A stretch of 64,000 bases of DNA from Adineta vaga (Eukaryota > Animalia > Rotifera), in NCBI GenBank assembly GCA_021613535.1, contig CP075497.1, forward strand, positions 13,826,001-13,890,000, written 5' to 3'. The notes under the pieces were generated by a model. That model did not search any database. It was not told the DNA's origin and saw only the letters and a list, made by a program, of their open reading frames with translations. The position numbers were made by a program, and so were the translations under genes. Each line of letters starts with the position of its first letter. The first letter of the stretch is position 1. Shown in pieces: positions 25,012-38,387 of this stretch.

Positions 25012-26548
25012 AAAAAAAGAATACTTATTTTGTTATTCGAATAGATAAAAGAATGTTTTTCAAAATTTCGATCTATATAATTCTTCTATAGGATATGTTT
25101 ATGGGCTAGCCTATACAAGATTAGATTAAACTAGGAAAAAGTAGCGAATATGTTTCTGAGCCAAACGTCCACAGAACAATGTGGTTTGTTGGTAATTCTA
25201 CAGAAAAAGAGTAGTTTTTTAAAATCTTAATATTGTAAACAATATGTAATTGAAAACGCCAATTTCATAGTTATTTCTCATCTCACTACTCATACTTGCA
25301 CAAACTCACCATGTAAAGTTCTAAGAGAAGAAATGAATTGTTACATGATAGAATTTTGTTGAAATTATTTTTCACAGTAAACTCTTTGTATCGCACAGAG
25401 GAAGCTAGTGACAATGATCAATACTAAGATCTATTTTTGAATTACTTTTCACCAACATTACATAATTTGAGAAAAGATAGATGTGGCCCTATAATAATTG
25501 GCGATGAAAATGTTGAACACGATCGATACTTGATTGAAATTATCCTTTACAATAATAAAATGCATCCATTGAAAATTCAAAGGTACAGATTATGAAGTTT
25601 GAAAAAGAAACAATGATTTTTATAAAACATATACAAAAGGAATCTAGTTCTAATCGCGTTAGTCAAACACCTAAATGTCATATCAATAAAATCCAACTGA
25701 ACCGCATTTTCTATAAGAGTGTTGCTTTCTTCGTGTACTGTGAAAAATTTAGAGCTTCGCCGAAATTCATTCGAAAGGGCAATTTCATGTCCAAAAGCAA
25801 ACATGTAAGAGAATGCATAACTTTATTCGAATTCATAGTGATCCCAAACAGGCATACACCATATTCACGGGCACACTTTACACCTGAGAATAGGTTATTT
25901 CCTCTGAACGAATTCACAATGGACGACAGAAACTTACTGTCTAATGATATGTTACTGAAACCAACCTAGTTAACGATACTAAAGTGAGTCCCATCTACTT
26001 TCAAGTTTTGTACCATACTTTTCCGCTCTTCAAATAACATCGGCCGCTACATTATACACTATGCTCAACTAAAAATTTCATGTCATTTGGTAATTTTCTA
26101 TCACAACCTCATATCTTGAAGACCAGCTACTATCAACAAAGGCATAGAAGCAAATTACCATTGAAATCATTACGAAACACCTATCTACAGTCTCTAATCG
26201 ATCACAATCCCACCATACAAACTCGAAGACGCTCCATTCACCACATTATTTCCATTATGGCAGCCATCGACAGAATTCCATAAAATATCGAATCATCATT
26301 GAGGCTATCACGCAAAATAAAAATAAAATCCATGATAGAAACTGGGAAATTCCCGATTATGTCCATCACAAACGGTAAAGCTAAACTCTATAACTGTTAC
26401 CTACTACCAACGAAAATTTAGATTTCCCGCCGGAAAACGCTAAAACGCAACAAATCAGATATTCCCGATGTAAATATATGTATTAAGGTCTATAAAACAG
26501 AATTCACCGGCTATTCACCTCTGAAGTCGACGTAATATTCGGTTTACT

Positions 26549-26997
26549 AAGACCACAAAGACCACAAAGACCAGAAGACCACAAGACCACAAAGACCAGA
26601 AGACCAGAAGACCACAAAGACCACAAAGACCAGAAGACCACAAGACCACAAAGACCAGAAGACCAGAAGACCACAAAGACCACAAAGACCAGAAGACCAC
26701 AAGACCACAAAGACCAGAAGACCAGAAGACCACAAAGACCACAAAGACCAGAAGACCACAAGACCACAAAGACCAGAAGACCAGAAGACCACAAAGACCA
26801 CAAAGACCAGAAGACCACAAGACCACAAAGACCAGAAGACCAGAAGACCACAAAGACCACAAAGACCAGAAGACCACAAGACCACAAAGACCAGAAGACC
26901 AGAAGACCACAAAGACCACAAAGACCAGAAGACCACAAGACCACAAAGACCAGAAGACCAGAAGACCACAAAGACCACAAAGACCACAAAGACCACA
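26549..26997 (+). repeat. GACCACAA(A)/GACCAGAA array organised as a 59-bp higher-order repeat (candidate right TIR)
   Basis: Unit of 9+9+8+8+9+8+8 bp repeated about 7.5 times. Confidence 0.97.
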
Positions 26998-27138
26998 CAT
27001 TCCAGGGAAAAGCACTATACCACTATCACTCCCATAGTGTGACAATTTTCTTTGGATATAAACTCTTCTTAAAAGAAGCGTTCAGTCGTTTACTTAACGC
27101 ATTGCATAAGTAAATTAATTATTTTATTTTGTCGCAGA

Positions 27139-27652
27139 ATGTGGTTAAATTCGAATTTGCCGCAAAATCAAATTCCCCATGAACTCAAGTTTATATCATC
27201 AATTACACCGATTTTCCATCAAATTCGTACCAGTGATTTTGTTCGTGATGCATGGCTCAATTACGTTAACTATCGTCCATTTCTTGAAGCACAATTTCAT
27301 TATTTTGCAGATTTTCGTCATTCAGCTTATGCTTTTTTTCAATGTTACGTACACTTTGTAAATTAGCTTTACAAATAATTTTGTTATTATACTTGATTCA
27401 GTTATATTAATGGGACAAGTGAATAATATGATGATTAATCGATTAGGAACAAATTTGCAATTATTTGTTATAACATCAACAAGTGATAATCAATACAAAC
27501 AAGCTTGGTCATATCGTCCGTATCCAGACAACGACAATTGTACACGTGCAAAAGGTGTCTATTGTACTCTATCAACAGGTATTTACTCGAGAAAATCTAA
27601 CAATAAAACGTCCTCTAATATACATTACGTAAAATTAACACAGAAAAAGTGA
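27139..27652 (+). pseudogene. Degraded fragment of the membrane-protein family seen at 38388-45960
   Basis: FISSITPIFHQIRTSDFVRDAWLNY resembles FLSLSPVLHRICSSDYITESWI; frameshifted. Confidence 0.55.
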
Positions 27653-28109
27653 TTCTGACAATTCTCTATAAAACATTTACACATCCTAATACTAAATGTG
27701 AAAATACTTCACAATGGAATGTCAATTCTTGTCACCAGTAAAAGTCGATCTGTCTACCGAAACTAATAGTAGAACGATTAAGTCGATATATAGTTGTGAT
27801 TGATCAATTGACGGAAAAATAATTTCATAAGATTTCTCTTTCAAGATTGAATGTGTATACATTCTGTTTGCTGACGAACTAGAATTACTTTTAAAAACAA
27901 TTTATAATGGAGTGTCATCCGCAGAAGTACAGTAGTCATCAAAATCATTATGCTGGATAAATTGCAAGAAAAGAATGAAAATGATTTTGAGGGAGTGATT
28001 TATCAATTTAAGATTTTCTTTAAGATAGTTTTTTCGATCTTTATTTTAGAGAAATACCTACGTATGTATCAAAGAATCACAAAGGATACACATGTAAAAT
28101 ATTGATTAT

Positions 28110-28715
28110 AGGGCGGTATTCATTGTTCGTGGTTGAGGACGAGCAAATAATATTGAATTTGTTTCTTCTCTTTCTGAATGTTTAAGAGTATTTATAATAA
28201 ATCGTTTGATTTCTTGACGAAATGCTTTCGATATTCCAATATAAAGATAAAAGTAACACAATAATTTAAATATAATAAAACAATAAGTGTCAAAAATGAT
28301 AAGAATCCTTCATTTGTAATACGATCGACACTTTTATTTGGTATATTACTTGTTAAGACAGAATAAAGTACATTAATTGGATATAGAGTTGTAAGAATTA
28401 TACCAACAAGAATTTCAGCCACGACAAGTTTGATTAAAGTCATATCACGTTTGGAAAGAACGCTTCTTGATTCATTTTCACTTCGTATTTGAGGTTGAAC
28501 ACGAATACGAACTTTTTTCAGATTTTTTGCAATAAGAACAACAAAAACTATTTGTATAATAGGTATAATAACACCATAAATACAAATTTGATAAATACTA
28601 AAGAACAATCCATATGTACCAATAACAAAACATCGATTATTTTGTATTGTTTGATTAAGTGGTAAATGTATTGAGATAAACAAACCAAATAGAATACTTA
28701 CAATAATAACTTTAA
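28110..28715 (-). pseudogene. Class A GPCR C-terminal half (TM4-TM7), 5'-truncated and frameshifted
   Basis: Hydrophobic helices, KRDMTLIKLVVAE, LYLNYCVTF; an alternative frame continues YLYIGISKAFRQEIKRF. Confidence 0.75.
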
Positions 28716-31700
28716 TTGCTACCTTATGAATTTACTAGAATAAATCTTCCTGGTGCATTACCAACTGTTACAACAATTCATACTTTGATACAGAACAATG
28801 ATGATAATATTAACGAAGCTAGATTTCGGTTCAATCAAATGAAAAATTATCTCAAATCCTTCGGTGTACAACATGCATATTGTGCAGAAGATTGTAAGTA
28901 TCTTATAAATAATATTGATTAGATTCGAGTTTCGTTTTTATAAACAGATCTTTTAAAAATTCTGTTCCCAGAAAAGATTGAATTGATGATCAATCAAAGG
29001 CAAGATGATTTTTGCTTATTGAGTACTCGATAAATATATCGATATGAGATAGAAAATAAATATCATTGTATGCATCATACATTTTTAAAAATCCCTTCAA
29101 TCCATTCAGAAGATTGGCTTCTTTGAGAGAATATGAAAAGGTTATCTTTGTCCGTTTGTAGAAATTCCAGTTATATGTAAATTCAATAATTAAAAGATTT
29201 CGCTTTACTTATTTGTGTTCTATTGACAATAGTAGTGATAGTGCATCAAAGTCTTTCAAAACAAAGATCAGGGTTAACTGTTTTTGTTTACTTTTTTCTC
29301 ATATTATAGGTACAGGAGTGATACGTCGAATCAAATACGATACAAATACGAATAGTTTTATTGGTTTTTCCACTCCTCTTCGCGATGGTGTACCAATACC
29401 ATGTCGTTTCAAAACAAATTCACTAGCTGAACTGAAGATATGGATGGAGACATATGAGAAGGCTCCACTATTGAATGCTCATTGTGTTCAAGCCATTCCA
29501 TCAGCAAATCAAACAGTAGCTCCATCTAGTTTTGTTTTGTCTGGTTATGGAACCAGTAGCAAATATTCATCATTAGATATTCTTAGACGATGGATATTTA
29601 TATACAAAAAGTCACTTGAACAAGATGTACGAATCATCGGTTTTTCTACTGGTAAATCGAACGCTTTTCTATAATCTGAAAGTTCTGCTTATAATGATTG
29701 AAAATTGCTACTAAATAGTTTCAGCTGAATAATTTCTCTTTAATACCTAATAAAAAAACGAATACCTTAGCACGTAGTTAGTCTACAATCATCAAAGAAT
29801 GCTTTCTTTATCGAATAATAATCTAATCAAATATAAATTAGGAAATTTACTTTAAATATATGATTTGTTTATCATAAGTTAGATGCAGACAACAAATATC
29901 TTCGCGGGATGCGCTTAATGTCTGGATTTTATGCCAACATGCCAAATTTCAATCCACATGTCGATTCTTCTGCATTTTCAATTCGAACTGGTGATTGGTC
30001 TCGGTACTATTTCAGACCTGAACAACTCTTCGTTTTCATGCAAGATCCCACTCATTTAGTTACAAAGCTACGGAATCGTCTGTTATCTGCAACAGCAGAA
30101 TTACAAATTGGTGATACAAATATAACAATTGAACACTTACAGCAGATACTTGATGATTCGGAATTAACAAAATTAGATCACGGACTGACACAAACTGACT
30201 TAACCCTTTGAGTCCCAGTGGTACATATATGTACCACCTAGCGAAAACTTCTAATTTTCAAAAAAATTTCTAGTTTTTAAGATCTAGAAGGAATATTTTC
30301 GACAAATGTTTGTAGTTAAGACATATTTATGCGGAATTGCACAAATATCCGTATGAATAGACAACGTGGAAAAAAGTATTGCGATATATCTATTTGATTT
30401 CAGAAAGTTTTCTTCAAAAATCTAAATTTTGAAAAATTCATGTTTTAATTTATTGTGTCGTGGTGAAATTTATACAGGAAAAAATACAGAACGATATTTG
30501 TCATTAGGGGAGCATGTGGTTATGTCACTAGTAAATGGAATAAGCATGAAAAATCGTCAATTGTTTTTTGATAATTATTTTACTTCGTTACGATTACTTC
30601 ACAAGCTTAGGAGAAATAAAATTTCAGCTACTGGTACAATTCGTTCAGATAGAAAATATTTTCCAACTGAATTGAAGAAAAAAGAAAAACTTGAGAGAGG
30701 CGATTATCGATATCTAACATCTAATGGAGTTTCTGTAATAAAATGGATGGACAAGAAAGAAGTTCTTATTGCATCAAACTACTTTGATCCTGCAGTTAAG
30801 AATGAAGTTAGTCGACGAGATAAAGAGGGAAATAGAAAGCAAATTTCTTGTCCGTTAGCAATTGTTGAGTACAATAAGTATATGGGAGGAGTGGATCTAT
30901 CGGATCAAAAAATTAAGTATTGTACAATTGATCGAAAATCAAAGAGAAACTGGATAAGAATATTTTTACATTTCCTTGGTATGTCATTGGTGAACTCATT
31001 CATCTATTATAAACATTTTTCTAATAGTAGTATTAGTACAGTAGAATATATATCGTCTATTAGTACTGCACTGATAGGTAATTATTGTAGTAGAAAAAGA
31101 CCAGGAAGACCTTTGCCAATGAGTAATCAGAAGAAGATGCGCATCGAAAAGAGCATAAATGACACAAAAAGTTCTGAAAAACCGCAGCTGTTAGCTCATA
31201 TGCCAGAAGTTATTTCAACTCGTCGTAGATGTGTTTATTGTAGTACGAAAGAAAAACAGAAAAGGACAGATGTGATATGTACTTTTTGCGGTGTTGGTTT
31301 ATGTGTGAAAAACTGTTTTTCTTTGTATCATCAAAACTATGTGTATCAGCATTGCAATGAATAAATAGGTAACCATATAATCACATAGATTTTGATTTTA
31401 ACCTAACCAGAGGTGTCGTAATATCATATAAATGCTTAATAGTATGTTTTATCAAACTTCAATTCTGTAGAAATAATTCGGGCCTCAAAGGGTTAAAACC
31501 ATCAGACCGACAAAATTTTCGATCATGTTTACGAATTACAAACTCTCATGTTCTTAATTTGCTAGCTCGTGATGAAAATGCGAATGGAACTCATGTGTAT
31601 TTGGAATTAATTAAATTTATAATAACTTCTTATATTGAACCAACAACGTCGATTGAAGAACGTATGTTTCAACGTTTACTATTTAAGCACTTTTTGTGAT

Positions 31701-33385
31701 GCTTGATAATAGAAAATATCTGATTTCTCGTGAACAGAAGTAATCTTTTTCTGTAATATCCTATATAAAAAAAAGAAGCAAAATATCTGATTTTAATCAA
31801 ATTTTTTATGAAAAATCGATTACAATAGTATGATCTTATCTGGTGTTTATCAGATTTTTAATCGAAAAAGAATTAGTTAAAATCAATTGTTTTCCAAAAG
31901 AATCGATTTAACGGATTTTTTTTGAATATCATTTGATTTGAGTCATTTTGTATCAAAAATCGATTTTAATCATATTTTCGATGTTTTTTTACATGAGTAT
32001 TTTAATACTAATTGGGAAAAACTGAGTATCACTTTTATGAATAAAAAAATTCAGAATCGACTTGTTCTCTTTTTGTACATTAACATTGGTGATGTACCTG
32101 ATCTACTGTTTAACAACTGTAATGAACATGAAACGCATTCAACTATGTGCTTGTCTCTACTGTTTAGGTCTTCAAGGTGCTTGGACTGCTGTTTTTCTTC
32201 TACGTTTATGGTGGGTATGGCTATTGTTAGTACGATTATCTTCTTTATCTTCATCACATGTAAAATCCAGAAAGAAATCTCGTGAGAAATATTTCATTAC
32301 TCGCGCTGCATTTTTTTCAACCGAATTGAATGCACACTTTCTTACTTATGTTATTATTCTTGTTCAACAGCAGCAATTACCTACGGAAGTATTAAATATC
32401 CATTTGTTTTCATCGCAAACATGTGAATCACTTTTTCGTAGTACACGTTCTCTCAGTGGAGTTTTTTCTACAGTTGTTAACTATACAGTTGACGATTTTC
32501 TACGACGTTCAACAAAACTTTCTATTCTGAATTCAATTAAATGTCAAAACAAATCAACTTCTTCATTAAAATTTCCAATTCATCACAAGCATCTATCTAA
32601 TGACGCAACAACAACCAATCAAAGTCTGATTGACATTAGTCATTTGGATGTGGAAAATGTAGTTCTACAAGCATATCAAACTGCTGTTTCTATTGTAGAC
32701 AGTTTGAATATTTTACCTGTAAGTTATCTATCGATTTCATCTTGATTTTCTTGTAGGGTATATTATTTCGTTCCAATTCGAATGAAGACATTCATTCACA
32801 GAAGTTTAAAGAAAGCGCTAAGAACTATATTCGTTTGAAATTTTAATGTTTTAGTTATTAAAAAAGCACAAGATCTCGAATCTGGACGCGTTGAGCAAAT
32901 ACTTAAATCAACATTTGAAGTCGAAGTCGAAACTGCATGATAATATACAGATTTTCAATGATCAAAATGATGATTCCGACTCAGAATTTGAGCTCGATAG
33001 TGATGAAGATGATGAGATAAATTCTATGTAAGTTATATAATCATTATGATGTAAGATTCTTGGCTTTTGCTTCTTTGTGCATTGTCATCTAACGTTTCTG
33101 ACTCACAGACCGTAACATTTATGCAAAACAATTGCATAAGAAGATTAGTCTAAATTTAAATATAACTCGTTGTAACGCAATCTTCATGAATATTTTAGTT
33201 CAGACAAATCAAGTGGTAGTGAAGGAGATGAGAGCGACGGCAACGCTGTCGAGGAGGAACTGACAACATACAGAACAACTTTTCATGGACTAAACATAAA
33301 AGGCAAAGTACCTGTTAATCAGGAACAAGCATATTTTAAAATCAAAATTAATGATACAAATAAATTCCTACATAAATCCACAGTA
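28716..33385 (+). mobile_element. P-element/THAP9-like transposase gene, multi-exon, truncated and interrupted by piggyBac
   Basis: YEFTRINLPGALP, AEDC|TGVI, GFST|D, QDPTHLVTKLRNRLL, DRQNF, FSSQTCESLFRSTRS; no termini seen. Confidence 0.75.
30204..31492 (+). mobile_element. piggyBac element, internally deleted
   Basis: TTAA at 30200-30203 and 31493-31496; TIRs CCCTTTGAGTCCC / GGGCCTCAAAGGG. ORF 30429-31364 has DNYFTS, YNKYMGGVDLSD and a Cys-rich C-terminus but lacks the first catalytic D. Confidence 0.95.
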
Positions 33386-33392
33386 GTGTCAA

Positions 33393-34155
33393 ACTCGAAA
33401 CTTGAATTCGAGTATTCAATTAACCAAGTATTCTAGAGTCCACTCTTTTGATATCCAGACATAACTTCAAGAGTTACACAACTGGCACAGAAAGAGAAAA
33501 CATGTCGATTTTTAGGTACGCGCGCTCAGAAGGCCTTTGGCCCTCTTCGCTACCGGTCTCCATAGGCGAGCGCTCAGACGGCCTTCGGCCCCCTTCGCTA
33601 CCGGTCTCGATAGGCGAGCGCTCAGACGGCCGCCTTCGCTATCAATTTTCGCCCTGTACAGAATCATGCTATATCATTCGTCGGTCGCACGGCATCCTAC
33701 TAGCAAAACCGTGACTTATTTTTTCCGCAACAAAGTAGATGTTAACCTTCCGATGGATCAAAGGAATTGTCAATGGACGATTGACGACGATAGCCATTAC
33801 AAACACTAAACGCACAGCAAACAAACGAGCTTTCTTCTTTATGTATATAAACAGAACAAGAAGACAGCGAAACCCATCGCGCCTATATATTTGACATTGG
33901 CATTTCTGTCAGAACACTTTCTTTTACTCAATTAAGGACGAACTCAGCTGTCCACGAAAAATGTCCCAAATCATATGTCCAATATTGTCATCTTAGTTTT
34001 CCGCCAAAAATCAGGCAACTCACCTCTTGTCACACCTTCACCCCACCCTGAAGGTGATACACTGCATCACGCTTCGCAGCACCCTCACTCACAAATCCTG
34101 CATCACGCTTCGCAGCACCCTCACTTACGTGAATACTCGAATTCAAGTTTCGAGT
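33393..34155. mobile_element. Non-autonomous TIR element (MITE-like)
   Basis: Perfect 26-bp inverted repeats ACTCGAAACTTGAATTCGAGTATTCA / TGAATACTCGAATTCAAGTTTCGAGT. Internal GC-rich direct repeats at ~33521-33641 and 34063-34126. Confidence 0.75.
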
Positions 34156-37100
34156 ATTACATGTATGGCTAAAGTAGGTAAATTAGTCGCTAAATTATTT
34201 TTAATCTCCTGAAAAATAGAAAGAACTCTCGTAGGTAAAAGTCCTCCTGGTCTAAATCCTGATTGCTCATCAGGAATCAGGTGGTTTCCATTTGTCCACC
34301 TTCTTGTTCTATCGAGTAATATTTTCTCAAATAGTTTCGAATGAGTTGACAATAGAGAGATTGGGCGCGTTTGATCGGCACGCGGAATTCCTGTTTTCAA
34401 TTTATTTATAGTAACAATTTTAGCAATTTCCCAAGCATCGGGATAGCGACACTGTTGAAGCCATGCATTAAAACAAATGGTTAAGCATTGAATATAGGAT
34501 GGTGGAAGCAACTTTAGCATACAGTTAGATATTTCATCATAGCCTGATGACTTTTTGTTCTTTAGTTTTTTAATAAGTCTTTTTACTTCTACCAGTGTGG
34601 TAGGTTCCATACTTGTACCTGAATTTCTAATTAGAACATCTTTTATAGACGAAAACTACCTGCTGATATAATTGTCATGGTTATTGTTGTGGTCAATCTC
34701 TAGGGATTTGGCTTGTTCTTTATAATACTTATATAAGACTGCTACTATGTCCTTACGAGTTGATTTAATATCTACGCTTGTTTGTAATTTAGATATTGGC
34801 AGTGCTTTTGGTTTGTATATTTTAGAAAGGCGCGACCAAAAAGCTTTTCTACACATATCGTGAGCTTCTTGTATTTGGGATAAGAAAACACTCCATCGTT
34901 CTCTCTTATACTTAAAAACTTCATATCTAGTGGCTCTACTCATTTTTCGTAGAGTTAATCTACTTTCTTCATCTACCACGCTCTTGTATAGTTGCTTTTC
35001 TCTATAATACTTATTTCGTACCTGTCTTAACTTCTTTAGCATTTCGACAATGTAGTTAGGTAAATACGGTCGATATTTTTCTTTGTCCGTCCAAGATGTC
35101 ACTCTTTTCTTTAAAGCTGATAGAAATCTGGTATAGTTTACATACCAATTATCTACATTCTGTCCTTCTAGCTCCAGTTCTTTAGTCCAAAAGTCTTGTA
35201 GTAATATTAGTATAATCTCATATACGGTCCAATTTGTTACTGGAAGAAATCCGTTTGTTAGGAAACCTAAATTGTTACTTTTCATAATAATTGGCCAATG
35301 ATCACTTGATCCTACTTCTAAGGTTTCTGCCGTTATGTCATTTATATTCGTGAAAACAAAATCTATATTTCTATCTGAAAACTTGGATGAGTTTTTTGTA
35401 CCTGGAATATAAAATAAATTGCTCTCTTCTATCCAATTTTGTCATATTTTATCTCTGGTCTCTGTTTTTGAACTGTTCCAGTCCTCAACTGATGCGTTAA
35501 AATCCCAAGTTACTATCGTATTTTCAATAATGAATGGATTCAGATCATTCAGATTACGATACTGACAGTTAGGCCAGTAAATACCAATAACTCTAATCTG
35601 TTCGACTAGTCCTTCAATATCCACTATCACTGTGTTTTCAATGTTAACTTCTATACGGGTGGCTTTAAGATGTTTACCTACTACTATACTAACACCACCC
35701 TTAAAATTTGTTCCTTTTTGATAAAAGGATTTAAAATGAGGGATAGAAATTTTGTTTGATTGCTTTTCCACTTCTGTGAGTACGCATATAGAACTATCTG
35801 TATTAAAAATCATTTCAATAGTTTCTAAATCTCTTGATCCCCATCCTTCTACATTGTATGTAAGTATATTAATCGGTATTAGGTTGACTAATATCAGGTG
35901 TTGTTCTGAATTCCCATAAATCAAGTATACCATTCAATGTGTTACCTCAATACCATTCCTTTACAATATTCTTGACGTAATTAACTGTCTTCGGAGGAAA
36001 TCACTAGTCAATGACCCTACGAATCACAGCATCTTTTACAGATTTATTAGTTGGGAGGTTGTCGGAATGGAAGTTGAAAGAGAAGGGAGATGCATGCACA
36101 TTCAAAGTGTTACATACTAATTTGTTATTCATCCAGTGAGTTCATCGAATGATCTACCTCTGCCGACTTCTTATTACGAGAGTTAGCTGGAGCAGTTTGT
36201 TTGTTACTTAGCTGAGTTGATGGTGTGTCAGGTGATTGTTGTTGCTTACTTGATATTAATACGAACTTTTCAATGATATCATTTTTAAAATCTTCGAGTT
36301 GACGGGATAATTTTGGAAGTGCTTGTTTATTCTTCTTGTTCGTGCCAGTTGTTACTGCATTGATGGTTTGTTGCATTGTATTAGCCAGTACCAGAATACC
36401 TTGTTTGTTAATTAATATTGATTTTTCCATTAGTTCGAACTTTATTAGTTGATTGTCATACTTTGTTTCCAATCTTCGAGTGGCCTCGAAAATATCTTGA
36501 ATCTGCACCTTAATGTCTTTCCATTGATCACATGCAGGTTCTGTATATGCAGCACCTGATGCTACTGCCTGTTGAGGTCAAGTTTGTTGTCTGTAAATCT
36601 AGGTTTCTTCGTTGGAAGGTGCCTGGATTATAATTCGAACTCTCTTCACTAAATATTCCATCCTTCCTTGCCATATCCACTTCTTCTTTCAAGGTTTGAC
36701 GATGATTTCTCATCACCGCACACTCCATTCCAAGAGAGAAATGAACACCTTTGCATTGTGCACAACAAACCGGCTTTTGACATTGATGATTGAAATGCCA
36801 TGGATCTAAGCATTTCCGACACCTTGCTCCTCCTTTACATTGATTCCTTGTATGTCCTAACTCCCAACAATTGTTGCAGTAAGTCATTTTTAATCTAGGC
36901 ATAAATGGTGTTATCGGTAGTAGCAAATGACCAATTGCAATTCGGCCGATTTTAATTATCTCTTTATATTCATCATCTTCAGTAATGCAAAATCGATAAT
37001 CCACAGGGGTCCTTGGGCGGTTGTAGTTGATTTTTGATAGGGATGCTGCCGATTTGATTGTCTTTGTTATTTCTTGGTATGGAAATTCGTTGCTGAGATC

Positions 37101-38030
37101 CATAGGAACGCACCGTACCACTACTGCACAGAAATCTGGTAATGAGCGCGGACGTTCAGCTTCTACATCTAATTTGTTCATTTTATTCGGTCAGCTACAC
37201 TTCCAAAGAGTCAAGAATTCCTCTTTGGAAGCTACTCCAAATTTGTATCTGTTACCACCAGCTGGTACAAATATTGAAAATTCTTCGATTCTTCCTATAT
37301 CTTGCTGTTGTACTGTATCTCTAATCCGTTTAATTGTGACCAAGATTGACGAAATTTGTATATGTCCGTTATCATTGTTGCTAATGAATTTAATGAAGAA
37401 GCATGGCGATTTATTAGCAACAGCATGTATCAGATAGTTTATAGAAAAACCAAAATGCCCTGCCGCTAGAAGAGTTTTAGATGCCGAAGCTATTGATGTC
37501 GTCGTTGTTGTTTTCGATTCATAGTCACGTGGTTTCTTAACTTGTCTTTGATGTTTTTCCAATGAGCTGCTTTCATCAAGAGGTCTTCTTGGTGCCGATG
37601 AGACTTGATTAAAGGGTGTTAAGATGGGATGACCGGTATCAACAGATGTCTTTGTTTTACGTGCTTAGTCGAACGGTTGAGTTCGTAAGGATGGTGATTC
37701 TTGAGCTGCTTGGTCCGTTAAACGTGGTAACTGTTTTGTGATTTGCTGTCCTGCTTGATTATTCATTTGGTGATTCATTGGTTTCTCATAGCCCTTGGTC
37801 TTTCGTATATCTACCTGTTGTTTCTTGTAAATTTCCATCATATATTGAACGAATTGATGATCCTTATTCATTTTTTCTTGCCAATAATCCGGATTTAGAT
37901 CAGGAGGTTCATTGTCTGTCTGTGAACCTTCTTGAAATCCGTTCGTTGAGTACATACGAACAGATTAAATTGATGACCGGAATTTGAAGAAGAGAAAAAA
38001 AGAAGTCAGAACGCAAGAGAAATACGTTTT
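34156..38030 (-). mobile_element. Non-LTR retrotransposon (I/Jockey group), decayed and 3'-truncated within RT
   Basis: ORF1 (36125-37955, broken) with three CCHC knuckles (CNNCWELGHTRNQC, CRKCLDPWHFNHQC, CAQCKGVH...C). ORF2 has an APE endonuclease (TYNVEG, LTE, DFNA, SDH) and the RT start (KSSGYDEIS, RPISLLS, EQSGFR). Stops and frameshifts present. Confidence 0.9.
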
Positions 38031-38387
38031 GTCGTGATAAACTTAATAGGGAGAATGAATTAGTAAGAATCTCATATTGATACATATGATAAATACACGC
38101 AGTGTGTATTTTTTATCGGCTTCAATCTCGAGGATGTAGGCAAGTATATCAAATGCATATCATTATCTCTATCCACATTCATCCTTAGAAAACTGATCCC
38201 TTATAACAACAGAAACGACTTGTATCAACTAAAATCTGCTACTATAATCTAGTGTTGCAATTGAAAAAAAGTACTACAATTTATTTTGATTTTTTAAATA
38301 GCATAAATAATGAAATCGAGAAGGAAAGCGTAATGAGTGATTTAGAATTGCAAAGCTCTGTGAAGAAAGATAAATTTTACATTGCGT

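Larger units (their letters stand above)
8462..26997. mobile_element. Candidate ~18.5-kb KDZ (Kyakuja-Dileera-Zisupton) DNA transposon with tandem-repeat inverted termini and cargo genes
   Basis: Inverted arrays of the same repeat family at both ends enclose a KDZ transposase, a DUF3987-like gene and a BEN-like gene. No clear TSD. Confidence 0.6.

Noticed and set aside
26504-27045. Long ORFs over the right array
   Set aside because: Same repeat-translation artefact.
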